A stretch of 64,000 bases of DNA from Minisyncoccota bacterium. GTDB taxonomy: Bacteria; Patescibacteriota; Minisyncoccia; UBA6257; 2-01-FULL-56-20. Positions 48,927 to 58,387 of this stretch are shown in pieces (position 1 is the stretch's first letter; each line of letters starts with the position of its first letter). The translations under genes were made by a program, and so were the position numbers. The stretch lies in contig DATKNL010000012.1 in the NCBI GenBank assembly GCA_035541435.1, positions 6,498 through 70,497 of the forward strand, written 5' to 3'. Under the pieces are notes generated by a model. That model saw only the letters and a program-made list of their open reading frames with translations, made no database searches and had not been told where the DNA came from.

Positions 48927-49361
48927 TTATTCCGTCGAGGGCGGTGCGGCCGTGCAGCCCGCGAAGGTCGTCGTGCCGTGCTCGGTCATGGTCGCCGTGT
49001 CGCCCACGTTCCAGAAGACGACCGACTCGTCGGCGTTCGCATAGCGTGCGCCGTCGGCCGAGACGGCCTGCGGCAGCGTCATCGTCCGGCCGTCGCTCAG
49101 CTCGAGCTTCACGCTGCCGCCCGGAATCGGGGGCTTCGAGGGATCCGTGGACGGCGTGCTCGAGCCGTCATAGAAGGCGGCTGCGATCGTCTTTCCCCCG
49201 GCGCAGGTGAACACGGCCGTTGCGGCCGGCTGCATGCCCGTGCTCGAGGCGGCCTCTTCAACGGTCGGAGCTTTGGTTTCGGGCGGCTTCGGCAGCGCGA
49301 TGACGCCGACGACGATCACGGCGATGACCGCGAGGACGAGGATGACGTTCCTGGTTTTCAT
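48927..49361 (-). CDS. MliC-like lipoprotein (lysozyme-inhibitor fold) with signal peptide
   Basis: MKTRNVILVLAVIAVIVVG, then Cys pair (FTCAGG ... FAGC). Start at 49361. Confidence 0.45.
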   Translation of the reverse strand: MKTRNVILVLAVIAVIVVGVIALPKPPETKAPTVEEAASSTGMQPAATAVFTCAGGKTIAAAFYDGSSTPSTDPSKPPIPGGSVKLELSDGRTMTLPQAVSADGARYANADESVVFWNVGDTATMTEHGTTTFAGCTAAPPSTE

Positions 49362-49513
49362 GGGTTCATTATACACCGGGCGGGCGGGCATGCTGCAAGG
49401 CTCTGCAAACCGAGGCGCTTGCCGAAAACCGTATTTAAAAATAAAGCCTCCGGCGCTGCGAAAAGATTCGCGCCGAAGGCTCAAGGAAGAAGGAAACAAA
49501 AGGTTCAAGGTTT

Positions 49514-50185
49514 CTAGGAGCGAGGCTCGTCGAACTTCCGGCAGGCGCCGACACCCACGTCGTCGTTGCGGCTGTCGTCCCAGAGGCCGTTGACAACGAC
49601 ACCCTCGGCATCGCAGCAGCCAACGACGACACGGAAGCCGCCCGAATCGAAGTCGCTCGTGCGCGCGCAGCGGTTCGGATTGACGTACTTGCCTGTCTTC
49701 TTGAAGATCAGCAGGTCTTTCGCCGTTTCCACAACCGCCGATGGCACTTCGTACTCCTTGGGAAGCATCGCCGTTTGTTCGTCGAACATCTCGTTCTCGG
49801 AGCCGGGGACGATGTCTTTCAGGAGCAGATACCAGCGCAGGCCGAGCTTCACCTTGTTAGCGAACTTCTCTTTGCTGTACCAGGCATCGGGAGCATAGCT
49901 GTAGAAGCACGGCTCCGTCGCCTGCGGATTAAGCCGTTGGAGTTCCATCATGGTGATGGTATCCACGCCCACGAATGCGAAATGCGTCTCGCGGATCATC
50001 TTGCCCGGATTGAATGGGCAAGGCGAGTTGAGCGTCGCATCGCTCCACGGGAAGCTGCCGAGTGAGGAAATCTCTTCCGGCGTGAGCGCGATGCGATAGT
50101 GCGCGGTCCAGTCCGCGACCGCAAAGCAGTCGAGGTCGGGCAGTTCATGAGAAGTTTCACGGAACTTGTCGATGACGACATCCAT
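49514..50185 (-). CDS. Hypothetical protein (lower-GC, Cys-containing)
   Basis: 223-aa ORF with an AT-rich promoter region upstream. Confidence 0.4.
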   Translation of the reverse strand: MDVVIDKFRETSHELPDLDCFAVADWTAHYRIALTPEEISSLGSFPWSDATLNSPCPFNPGKMIRETHFAFVGVDTITMMELQRLNPQATEPCFYSYAPDAWYSKEKFANKVKLGLRWYLLLKDIVPGSENEMFDEQTAMLPKEYEVPSAVVETAKDLLIFKKTGKYVNPNRCARTSDFDSGGFRVVVGCCDAEGVVVNGLWDDSRNDDVGVGACRKFDEPRS

Positions 50186-50353
50186 ACCACATCTCCTTTT
50201 CTAAAATCCTATTTTCAGGTTCTAAGAATATTTTAGCATATCACCATATTTTTGTCAATTTTGTCTTAGCTGTAACATCATGCGTTTTTAGATCGTGTGC
50301 TTGCGGACTAAAATGAGACCCCGACAAGCGTCAGGGTCTTTGCGAGAACGGCG

Positions 50354-51022
50354 TTATCGCGTCTCGACAATTTCGGTGCGCGGAGGGTCGCGCAGGATGC
50401 GAAGGTAGCAATACGAATAGCTGCCTTTGAAGTACAGGTGGATGCAGATTTGGTCGGCGACCCATTTCGGCTCAAGCATTGCGCTCGTGTCCTTCGAGAG
50501 CCCTTCCCAGAACGGCGTCTTCATTCCGGCAGGCGCCGCAACCAGGGTCCGCTCGATCCGCTTGTCGAGCGACAAGGAGTTGGCGAACATGCCGAGGGCG
50601 GCCTTCACTCCCGTATAGACGGGCTCCAGCTCACGGGGCGTCCATTGAGATGTCGATGTAATTGCGACGAACCGCCGGAGCGTCCCCTGGCTCTTGAGAA
50701 TGCGCTGCATGAGCATGGCTGCTCCCAAGAAGCCGACATTCACCATGTCGAGGATCTGTTTATCGGTAAGATCGCTGATGCGACCCTCCTGGTAAAATCC
50801 GGGATTGTAGACGACCGTATCGAACGGAGCATGATCCGTCACGAGATGATCCATTGGGATCGGGAACCCCTGACCTGATCCGAGCGGAAGCGCGGCGAAC
50901 GTCAGGCCCTTCACCTTGGGATCCTTGCGTCCGGTGATGACAACGTTATCGTAACGACTCTTCAACAGGTCGGCGATTTCGAGACCCAATCCCGAAGTAC
51001 CGCCCACAATCAAGGCCGTCAT
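50354..51022 (-). CDS. SDR-family NAD(P)-dependent oxidoreductase
   Basis: MTALIVGGTSGLGLEIA..., YTGVKAAL. Confidence 0.8.
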   Translation of the reverse strand: MTALIVGGTSGLGLEIADLLKSRYDNVVITGRKDPKVKGLTFAALPLGSGQGFPIPMDHLVTDHAPFDTVVYNPGFYQEGRISDLTDKQILDMVNVGFLGAAMLMQRILKSQGTLRRFVAITSTSQWTPRELEPVYTGVKAALGMFANSLSLDKRIERTLVAAPAGMKTPFWEGLSKDTSAMLEPKWVADQICIHLYFKGSYSYCYLRILRDPPRTEIVETR

Positions 51023-51128
51023 AGCTGCCTCCTTCTTTGCTTTTATTGCCGCTATAAAGCTTGGGGTAGCATAATCCTGTTCCGGGATGCGGTCAATTAA
51101 GAGAGGGCCGGCGAAACCGCCATCCCCC

Positions 51129-51548
51129 TCATGGATGAAACATATCGGCCCGCAATTCTTTGAAATACATGTCCACGTCCTCCAAGGTCAGAATCTCGTC
51201 CTTTGTATACCATTTGTAATCATCGTTCTCGCTGACATCAAGACGAACTTCACCCGATGAAACGCCAACGTACGTCAAGCGAACGACATGTCGTTTCGGA
51301 TTCCTCAGAATGTCCTGCGCGGCGACCAATCGCGGTTCGCCGATAAGTTCCAATCCCGTCTCTTCTCTGACCTCGCGCCTCAGGTTTTCGAGCAGCGGCG
51401 TACCCGGATTGATCCGCCCGCCGACGATATCCCACCCTCCCTGAATCTCGGGATATTTTTCAAGTGATCGCCTGAGCAACAAGAACTTGCCGCTGTCATT
51501 GCTTAAAAGGATTTTGACTCCGACCTGCAAGACGAGGTCGTTTTCCAT
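51129..51548 (-). CDS. NUDIX hydrolase
   Basis: Nudix box GGRINPGTPLLENLRREVREETGL. Confidence 0.85.
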   Translation of the reverse strand: MENDLVLQVGVKILLSNDSGKFLLLRRSLEKYPEIQGGWDIVGGRINPGTPLLENLRREVREETGLELIGEPRLVAAQDILRNPKRHVVRLTYVGVSSGEVRLDVSENDDYKWYTKDEILTLEDVDMYFKELRADMFHP

Positions 51549-51646
51549 GAAGGGTGAATCTGAAATGGACGGTGTCTATTTTGTTGTTGCGGGAGCTGGA
51601 GGAATCGGACCTCCGACCACAATTTTGGAGATTGTTGTTATACCAC

Positions 51647-52345
51647 TTAACTAAGCTCCCATCTTTTATTCAGCACAGAAAGCGCCGTCATTGCGAAGGA
51701 AAGCAAGCGCCGAGCAACCGCGTTATCGTGATAATAGACGGTGACGCAGCCTTGATATCCTTCCCTCGTCCGCTTGCCGGTATTCGCCTTACGATACGGC
51801 TTCAAAAACTGCCTTTTACTAATATTCGTTATTTCCGACCAAAAATCAAGCTGTTGCATCGGCTCGTGGTAGGCATGAAGATGCATGCAAACCCTGAATT
51901 TTCTTTCATCAAGAGAAAACGAATTCCTGAATAGCGCCAGGAACAGCGAAACCAATGCGGGATCAGAATTCGTGAAACGAACACCGTTATTCCGGTCCTT
52001 GGCTCCCTCGCACCAATAGAGCATACAACAGAGAAGTCTTGCGTATTCGGGCTTTAAGCGAATCCTTTCGAGATCCACCATGGCATCGCGATCATAAGAG
52101 CGAATCGACGCTAAAACCTTATTTTTCTTTTGATCTCTTGCGGCAAGCTGGCCAATTTGGATTCGCTCAAGAAGGCGCTTTCGGGCCTTGGCATCAAGTT
52201 CGACATCTCTTACCCACCGGGACAGCGTCGATTTCGCAATGTGAATTTCGCTGAGTATTTCGTTCAGCGAATATCCATCCCGTCTCAGCTGGACGGCCCG
52301 GTCCCTGATATCAAAAGGATGTGCCATGAGGTCATCATGGCACAT
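51647..52345 (-). CDS. HTH-domain protein with LAGLIDADG-like homing-endonuclease-like core (tentative)
   Basis: N-terminal YSLNEILSEIHIAKSTLSRWV HTH; central LLCCMLYWCEGAKD resembles a LAGLIDADG motif; ~48% GC. Confidence 0.35.
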   Translation of the reverse strand: MCHDDLMAHPFDIRDRAVQLRRDGYSLNEILSEIHIAKSTLSRWVRDVELDAKARKRLLERIQIGQLAARDQKKNKVLASIRSYDRDAMVDLERIRLKPEYARLLCCMLYWCEGAKDRNNGVRFTNSDPALVSLFLALFRNSFSLDERKFRVCMHLHAYHEPMQQLDFWSEITNISKRQFLKPYRKANTGKRTREGYQGCVTVYYHDNAVARRLLSFAMTALSVLNKRWELS

Positions 52346-52378
52346 CGCAGGTTAAAACTATATTAAAGAATCCTTGAC

Positions 52379-52558
52379 TTATTTCCCCGTGATCCTTGCC
52401 TCTTTATGGAGCGTCTTCTTGCTGCACCAGGGGCAGAACTTCTGCAGCTCGATCTTGCGCTCGACCTGCTTCTTGTTCTTGTTCGTATAGTAATTCCGCC
52501 GCTTGCAGACGGAGCAGCGCAGCGTGATCAGGCGGTCGGCGGTCTTAACTTTTGCCAT
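52379..52558 (-). CDS. rpmG: 50S ribosomal protein L33
   Basis: MAKVKTADRLITLRCSVCKRRNYYTNKNKK...CPWCSKKTLHKE. Confidence 0.85.
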   Translation of the reverse strand: MAKVKTADRLITLRCSVCKRRNYYTNKNKKQVERKIELQKFCPWCSKKTLHKEARITGK

Positions 52559-52628
52559 GGGGGTTATCGTAGCACGCTCGCGGACGGAAATCAACTCTTC
52601 TGAAGGGGCTCGGCGGCCAAGGATTGCC

Positions 52629-53369
52629 TCAGGCCGGGTGACAGATCAGGATGTCTTCCCGTCCGGCCCGCAGCTCGAACGAATAGTCCGGACAGATCTT
52701 CGTTATGAGCGCCGGGAGTTCCATTTTGTCGTTCGGCTTATGATAGGCGGACATGACCATGATCGGCTTCCATTTCTTGATTGTCTCGCTTGCGCCCTCA
52801 AGGATGTTCGCCTCGTATCCTTCGGCGTCTATCTTAAGGAAGTCGACGCGGGTGTTCAGGTTGTCGATTTTCTGCAGATGCACCGGCGTGCCGCTCGTGT
52901 CGATGTGGTTGCTGAGGCAATCCCCCGTCTCTTTTATGAACGCATCCTGCTCCTTGTCACTCAAGCCGTTGTTCACGACGGTCACGTTGGGATAGCCCCT
53001 GACGTTTTCCGCGAGCGCGGCGAAGGTCGAGGGGGTGGGCTCGAAGGCGATGACGGTCGCGCCCGGGCGCTTGGCGGCCACGAGCGACGCGAATATGCCC
53101 ATGTTCGCGCCGGCATCAAGGACGACATCCTTGTCACCGATCATCTCGATGCGATACTGGTTCGAGATGATGATCTCGTCGACGGTCCCCAGGAATCCGT
53201 TGACCTGGTCCGCGAGGACCCTGAAAGGCCTGCCGAAAAGGGTCGTGACGAATTCCCCCTTCGGACGAAGGGATGACGGGAGCACGAAAAGGACCATGAC
53301 CCTGAGGGGAATCTTGCCGCTCAAAAAGCAGGAAATCGCCGTGAGGCGGATGCGGATCGGATAGCTCAT
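52629..53369 (-). CDS. FkbM-family methyltransferase
   Basis: DAGANMGIFASLVAAKRPGATVIAFEPTPSTF. Confidence 0.75.
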   Translation of the reverse strand: MSYPIRIRLTAISCFLSGKIPLRVMVLFVLPSSLRPKGEFVTTLFGRPFRVLADQVNGFLGTVDEIIISNQYRIEMIGDKDVVLDAGANMGIFASLVAAKRPGATVIAFEPTPSTFAALAENVRGYPNVTVVNNGLSDKEQDAFIKETGDCLSNHIDTSGTPVHLQKIDNLNTRVDFLKIDAEGYEANILEGASETIKKWKPIMVMSAYHKPNDKMELPALITKICPDYSFELRAGREDILICHPA

Positions 53370-53418
53370 CGTTCATTCATTGTACCTGTTTCGCGGCACG
53401 CGTCATCCACATATCGTG

Positions 53419-53491
53419 AGCCGATGGCCGGATTTGAACCGGCGACCTACTCCTTACCATGGAGTTGCTCTACCAGCTGAGCTACATCGGC
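53419..53491 (-). tRNA. tRNA-Thr (anticodon GGU)
   Basis: GCCGATG-TA-GCTCAGCTGGTAGAGC-A-ACTCC-ATGGTAA-GGAGT-AGGTC-GCCGGTTCAAATCCGGC-CATCGGC-T. Confidence 0.8.
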
Positions 53492-53501
53492 ACTCGTCCC
53501 A

Positions 53502-54449
53502 CTATACCCTCTCCTTATTCAAAATGCTAGCGAAATACGCGATCGTCTTCCTCAGCCCCTCCTCGAGCGAAACCTTCGGCTCCCACCCGAGTTTTTCCTT
53601 CGCAAGGCTGATGTCGGGTTTTCGCTGGCGCGGATCGTCGGTCGGCAGCGGACGCTGTTCGATCGCGCTTTTCGAGCCGGTCAGCGCGATGACCTTCTGT
53701 GCGAACTCCCTCACCGTGAATTCCCCGGGGTTGCCGATGTTCACGGGACCGACGAACCCCGTCGATTCCATCATGGCGGTCATGCCATCCAGCAGGTCCG
53801 AGACGTATTGGAAGCTGCGCGTCTGGCTGCCGTCGCCGTATATGGTGATCGGCTCCCCCTTCAGGGCCTGGATGATGAAATTGGACACGACGCGGCCGTC
53901 GTCGGGCGACATGTAGGGGCCATAGGTGTTGAAGATGCGGACGATGCGGACGTCGACGCCGTGCATGCGGTGATATTCCATGAACACGGTCTCGGCGGCG
54001 CGCTTGCCCTCGTCATAGCACGCGCGCGGCCCGAGCATGGTCACGTTGCCGCGATAGGACTCTTTCTGCGGATGCTCCAGCGGATCGCCGTATACTTCGG
54101 ACGTCGACGCCTGAAGCACGCGGGCGCCGCACCGCCGGGCGAAGTCGAGCACGTTCACGGACCCCTCGACGTTCGTGCGCATCGTCTTCACCGGATCCTT
54201 CTGGTACCACGGCGGCGACGCCGGGCAGGCAAGATTATAGATGCGGTCGAACTTCTCGCCGAGGTCGAACCGCTCCGTCACGTCGTGCTCGACGGCGTGA
54301 AAGCGCGGATCGCCGGCAAAGCGCTCGACGTTCGCGCGCGGGCCCGAAAAGAAATTGTCGAGGGCCCAGACCTCGTGGCCGGCGGCGAGCAGCCGCTCGG
54401 CAAGATTGGTCCCGATGAATCCCGCGCCGCCGGTGATGAGGATTTTCAT
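53502..54449 (-). CDS. UDP-glucuronate decarboxylase (UXS, short-chain dehydratase/epimerase family)
   Basis: [16 protein letters not shown], YxxxK, and UXS-like length and motifs. Confidence 0.8.
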   Translation of the reverse strand: MKILITGGAGFIGTNLAERLLAAGHEVWALDNFFSGPRANVERFAGDPRFHAVEHDVTERFDLGEKFDRIYNLACPASPPWYQKDPVKTMRTNVEGSVNVLDFARRCGARVLQASTSEVYGDPLEHPQKESYRGNVTMLGPRACYDEGKRAAETVFMEYHRMHGVDVRIVRIFNTYGPYMSPDDGRVVSNFIIQALKGEPITIYGDGSQTRSFQYVSDLLDGMTAMMESTGFVGPVNIGNPGEFTVREFAQKVIALTGSKSAIEQRPLPTDDPRQRKPDISLAKEKLGWEPKVSLEEGLRKTIAYFASILNKERV

Positions 54450-54459
54450 GGTTTTTGTG

Positions 54460-54531
54460 AGCCGGAGAGAGGAGTCGAACCTCCAACCTTCGCTTTACAA
54501 AAGCGCTGCTCTGCCATTGAGCTACTCCGGC
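54460..54531 (-). tRNA. tRNA-Thr (anticodon UGU)
   Basis: GCCGGAG-TA-GCTCAATGGCAGAGC-A-GCGCT-TTTGTAA-AGCGA-AGGTT-GGAGGTTCGACTCCTC-TCTCCGGC-T. Confidence 0.8.
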
Positions 54532-54678
54532 CTTTGACCTCCCTATAGTATAGGACGGGCGCGGCCCTGTAAAACGCCGCGGCCGTGTCAAATACCCTTT
54601 AAGATTTCTTTAATCAGAGGTAGAATGCTAGGGAATCAATGTTCTGCATCCTGGCTTGCCGGGGCTAACACGCGAACA

Positions 54679-57600
54679 ATGTCCACCAAATTCACCCATC
54701 TTCATACGCATTCCCATTATTCCCTCCTCGACGGCCTTTCGAAGGTCGACGAGCTCGTCAAGCGCACGAAGGAGCTCGGCATGGACTCGATCGCCCTCAC
54801 CGACCACGGCGTCCTCTATGGCGCCGTCGAATTCTATAAGTCGGCGCGGAAGAACGGGGTGAAGCCCATCCTCGGCGTCGAGACCTATGTCGCCCCGCGC
54901 GACCGTTTTTCAAAAGAAGCCAACGAACGCTATTACCATCTCATCCTCCTCTGCGAGAACCTGACCGGGTGGAAGAACCTCATCACGCTGGTCTCGAAGG
55001 CCCACCTCGAGGGATTCTATTACCGCCCGCGCGTCGACAAGGACCTGCTCCGCGAGCATCACGAGGGGCTGATCGCCCTTTCGGCGTGTCTCGGCGGCGA
55101 GATCGGGAGCTGCCTCATGGCTGACCGCTACGAGGAAGCCAAGAAGACCGCGCTCGCCTATGAGGAGCTCTTCGGCAAAGGGAACTATTTTCTTGAAATC
55201 CAGAAGCATCCGCACGTTCCCGATTCGGAGAAGATCGAACCCTTGCTCGTGAAGCTTTCGAACGAGACCGGCATCCCGCTCGTCGCCACCCAGGACAGCC
55301 ATTACCTGCGCTCGGAGGACCGCGACTATCACGACGTGCTCCTCGCCGTGCAGACCGGCAACAAACTGTCGGACGACGACCGCATGACGATGAAGGAGGA
55401 CGACTTCTCGGTCCTGTCGCCCGAGGCGATGGCCGAGAAGTTCAAGGCGATTCCCGGCGGCATCGAAGCCGTCGAGCGGAGCGCCGAGATCGCGGCGCGA
55501 TGCAACGTCGAACTCGAACTCGGCAAGACGCTGCTCCCCGACTTCCCGAAGCCGCCCGGCACGACCGCGAACGCCTATCTGCGCACGCTCGTCGAGGAGC
55601 GCCTGCCGAAGAAGTTCCCGCCCGCCAGCCAGACCAAGGAGATGCGCGACCGGCTCGAATACGAGCTCGGCGTCATCGAGAAAACGGGCTTCGCGGACTA
55701 CTTTCTCATCGTGCAGGACCTCATCTATTGGGCCAAGTCGCACGGCATCGCCGTGGGGCCGGGCCGCGGCTCGGCCGCCGGCAGCCTGGTCTCGTACGTG
55801 CTCGACATCACGGACATCGACCCGCTGAAGTACGACCTGCTCTTCGAGCGGTTCCTCAATCCCGAACGCATCCAGATGCCCGATATCGATATCGACTTCG
55901 CCGACTCGCGCCGCGACGAGGTGCTTGCCTATGCGAGCGAGAAATACGGCGAAGACCACGTCGCGCGCATCATCACCTTCGGGACCATGGCGGCTCGCGC
56001 GGCGATCCGCGACGCGGGGCGCGCGATGGGCTACTCGTACGCGTTCTGCGACCAGATCGCGAAGCTCATCCCCTTCAACCCGACCCAGGGCATGAAGGAG
56101 GGCTGGCTCGACGAATGCCTTGCCAAGGTCCAGGAACTCCGCACCCTCTACGAATCGAATCCCGAAGCGAAGCGACTCATCGACACCGCGCGCCATCTCG
56201 AAGGCGTCGCCCGGCACGCGTCGGTGCACGCCTGCGGCACGGTGATCGCGAAGGAGCCGCTCATGGACCGCGTGCCGCTCCAGTTCGCCCCGCAGGAAAA
56301 GAACATCGTGATCACGCAGCTCGAGATGCACGCGATCGAGGACCTCGGCCTCCTCAAGATCGACTTCCTCGGCCTCAAGAACCTGACGATCATCGAAGAG
56401 ACGATCCGCATCGTTCGGGAGCTGCGCGGCGAGAGCCTGGACATCTCGAAGATCCCCCTCGACGACCGGAAGACCTTCGAGCTGCTGAAGCGCGGCGACA
56501 CGACCGGCGTCTTCCAGTTCGAATCGAGCGGCATGCGACGCTATATGAAAGAGATCGCCCCGAGCGGCATCGAAGACCTGATCGCGCTCGTCGCCCTCTA
56601 CCGCCCCGGACCGATGGAGCTGATCCCCTCGTTCATCAAGCGCAAGCACGGCAAGGAGAAGATCACCTACCTGCATCCGAAGCTCGAGCCGATCCTCAAG
56701 AACACCTATGGCGTGGGCGTCTATCAGGAGCAGATGATGCAGATCGCCCGCAGCCTCGCGGGCTACACGCTCCCCGAAGCGGACACGCTCCGCAAGGCGA
56801 TCGGCAAGAAGATCAAGTCGCTCCTCGACGAACAGGGCGAGAAGCTCGTCGGCGGCATGATCAAGAACGGCATCCCGCCGAAGATCGCGAAGGAGATCTG
56901 GGAGCTCTTCCCGCCGTTCGCCCGCTACGGCTTCAACAAGTCGCACGCGGCCTGCTATGCCATGATCGGCTATCAGACCGCGTACCTGCGCGCGAACTAT
57001 CCCGAGGAGTTCACCGCGGCGCTCCTCAACGCGGAAATGAGCGACATCGAGCGCATCTCGTTCCTCATCCAGGAGGCGAAGACGTCCGGCCTCGAGATCC
57101 TGCCGCCGGACGTGAACCGCAGCTCGGTGAACTTCGCCCCCGAAGGCGAGAAGATCCGCTTCGGCCTCCTTGCCATCAAGAACGTCGGCTCCGAGATCAC
57201 CCGCGCCATCATCGAGGAGCGCTCGCGCGGCGGCCCGTTCAGGAGCTTCGAGGACTTCCTCGGCCGCATCCAGCACAAGGACCTCAACAAGAAGTCGCTC
57301 GAGAGCCTGACGAAGAGCGGCGCCTTCGACTCGCTCGGCATCGAGCGGCGGCAGGCGCTTGAGAACATGGACGAGATCCTGAAGTTCGCGAACGCGATGC
57401 GACGCGGCGGCTCTGGCGGCGCCTCAAGCTCGCTCTTCGGCGACGCGACACCCAAGGTGAGCCTGAAGCTGAAGCCGGCCGCCCCCGCAACCCCGGGCGA
57501 ACGGCTCGCCTGGGAGAAGGAGCTCATCGGCTTCTTCATCTCCGACCATCCGATCAACGCCCATACGGCCGCGATCAAGCACTATCAGGCCCGCCCGATC

Positions 57601-57918
57601 GCCGACCTCGCGACCGTGAACGACGAGAAGAAGATGGTGCGCACCGCGGGCCTCGTTTCGAAGATCCACAAGATCTTCACGAAGAGCGGCCAGCCGATGA
57701 TGTTCGTGACGATCGAGGATGCGGCGCAGCACCCGCTCGAGATCGTCGTCTTCAACAGCGTCCTCGAGAAGACGGCGCCGATGTGGGCCGAGAACGCCGT
57801 CGTGATCGTCGAAGGCCGCGTCTCGCGGCGCGACGGCGAGCTCAAGATGATCTGCGAGAAGGCAAAACGTCTGACGGAAGAGCCGCATCAGGCCGGACCG
57901 GCCGTCGCCGAGGCTTGA
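54679..57918 (+). CDS. dnaE: DNA polymerase III alpha subunit
   Basis: PHP domain start MSTKFTHLHTHSHYSLLDG, polymerase core (GPGRGSAAGSLVSYVLDITDIDP), and C-terminal OB. Start at 54679. Confidence 0.95.
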   Translation: MSTKFTHLHTHSHYSLLDGLSKVDELVKRTKELGMDSIALTDHGVLYGAVEFYKSARKNGVKPILGVETYVAPRDRFSKEANERYYHLILLCENLTGWKNLITLVSKAHLEGFYYRPRVDKDLLREHHEGLIALSACLGGEIGSCLMADRYEEAKKTALAYEELFGKGNYFLEIQKHPHVPDSEKIEPLLVKLSNETGIPLVATQDSHYLRSEDRDYHDVLLAVQTGNKLSDDDRMTMKEDDFSVLSPEAMAEKFKAIPGGIEAVERSAEIAARCNVELELGKTLLPDFPKPPGTTANAYLRTLVEERLPKKFPPASQTKEMRDRLEYELGVIEKTGFADYFLIVQDLIYWAKSHGIAVGPGRGSAAGSLVSYVLDITDIDPLKYDLLFERFLNPERIQMPDIDIDFADSRRDEVLAYASEKYGEDHVARIITFGTMAARAAIRDAGRAMGYSYAFCDQIAKLIPFNPTQGMKEGWLDECLAKVQELRTLYESNPEAKRLIDTARHLEGVARHASVHACGTVIAKEPLMDRVPLQFAPQEKNIVITQLEMHAIEDLGLLKIDFLGLKNLTIIEETIRIVRELRGESLDISKIPLDDRKTFELLKRGDTTGVFQFESSGMRRYMKEIAPSGIEDLIALVALYRPGPMELIPSFIKRKHGKEKITYLHPKLEPILKNTYGVGVYQEQMMQIARSLAGYTLPEADTLRKAIGKKIKSLLDEQGEKLVGGMIKNGIPPKIAKEIWELFPPFARYGFNKSHAACYAMIGYQTAYLRANYPEEFTAALLNAEMSDIERISFLIQEAKTSGLEILPPDVNRSSVNFAPEGEKIRFGLLAIKNVGSEITRAIIEERSRGGPFRSFEDFLGRIQHKDLNKKSLESLTKSGAFDSLGIERRQALENMDEILKFANAMRRGGSGGASSSLFGDATPKVSLKLKPAAPATPGERLAWEKELIGFFISDHPINAHTAAIKHYQARPIADLATVNDEKKMVRTAGLVSKIHKIFTKSGQPMMFVTIEDAAQHPLEIVVFNSVLEKTAPMWAENAVVIVEGRVSRRDGELKMICEKAKRLTEEPHQAGPAVAEA

Positions 57919-57978
57919 TGGCCGCCGGGGCGGATGGTATAAGAAGGGCAGCACGAGCCAATCGAAAAGGAGCGCACG

Positions 57979-58313
57979 TGGCCATCAAAGATCATATCAC
58001 CGAGAACGCGGTGAACAGCGAGGCGGAATTCCAGATCAAGATGTTCGAACAGTCCCTCAGGGACCGCGCCTGGGAAAACAGCCGTAATAGAATCCCGAAA
58101 CGGCCAGGAGCGGTATTTCTTCGGGCCGTTGCAAAAACCGCATCTGAGATCGGGACCAACAGCGAATCCCGAAAGAAGATCCTCTCGAAGTTCTATGAGG
58201 TCCTCGTCGGCCTGATGCTCGAAGGCAGCGAGCGGTACCGCGACATGATAGCCGCCGTCGCACCGAGCACGGTCCTCAAGCCAACGGAAACCCGTCAGGC
58301 GAGCGACGCCTAG
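57979..58313 (+). CDS. Hypothetical protein (GTG start with AAAGGAG SD)
   Basis: aaaggagcgcacGTG gives VAIKDHITENAV..., a 111-aa ORF ending 20 nt before a terminator. Confidence 0.4.
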
Positions 58314-58332
58314 CGCCGCCCGGAAATCAGCC

Positions 58333-58360
58333 AAACCGCCAAATCATCGGCGGTTTTTTT
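58333..58360. terminator. Bidirectional intrinsic terminator between hypothetical gene and lysS
   Basis: AAACCGCC-AAATCATC-GGCGGTTTTTTT. Confidence 0.65.
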
Positions 58361-58387
58361 ATTCTTTTAGGAACGCGCTGCGGAACC

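Noticed and set aside
54910-57276. 788-aa - strand ORF and 620-aa +2 frame ORF (55500-57362)
   Set aside because: They are antisense and alternative-frame shadows of dnaE.
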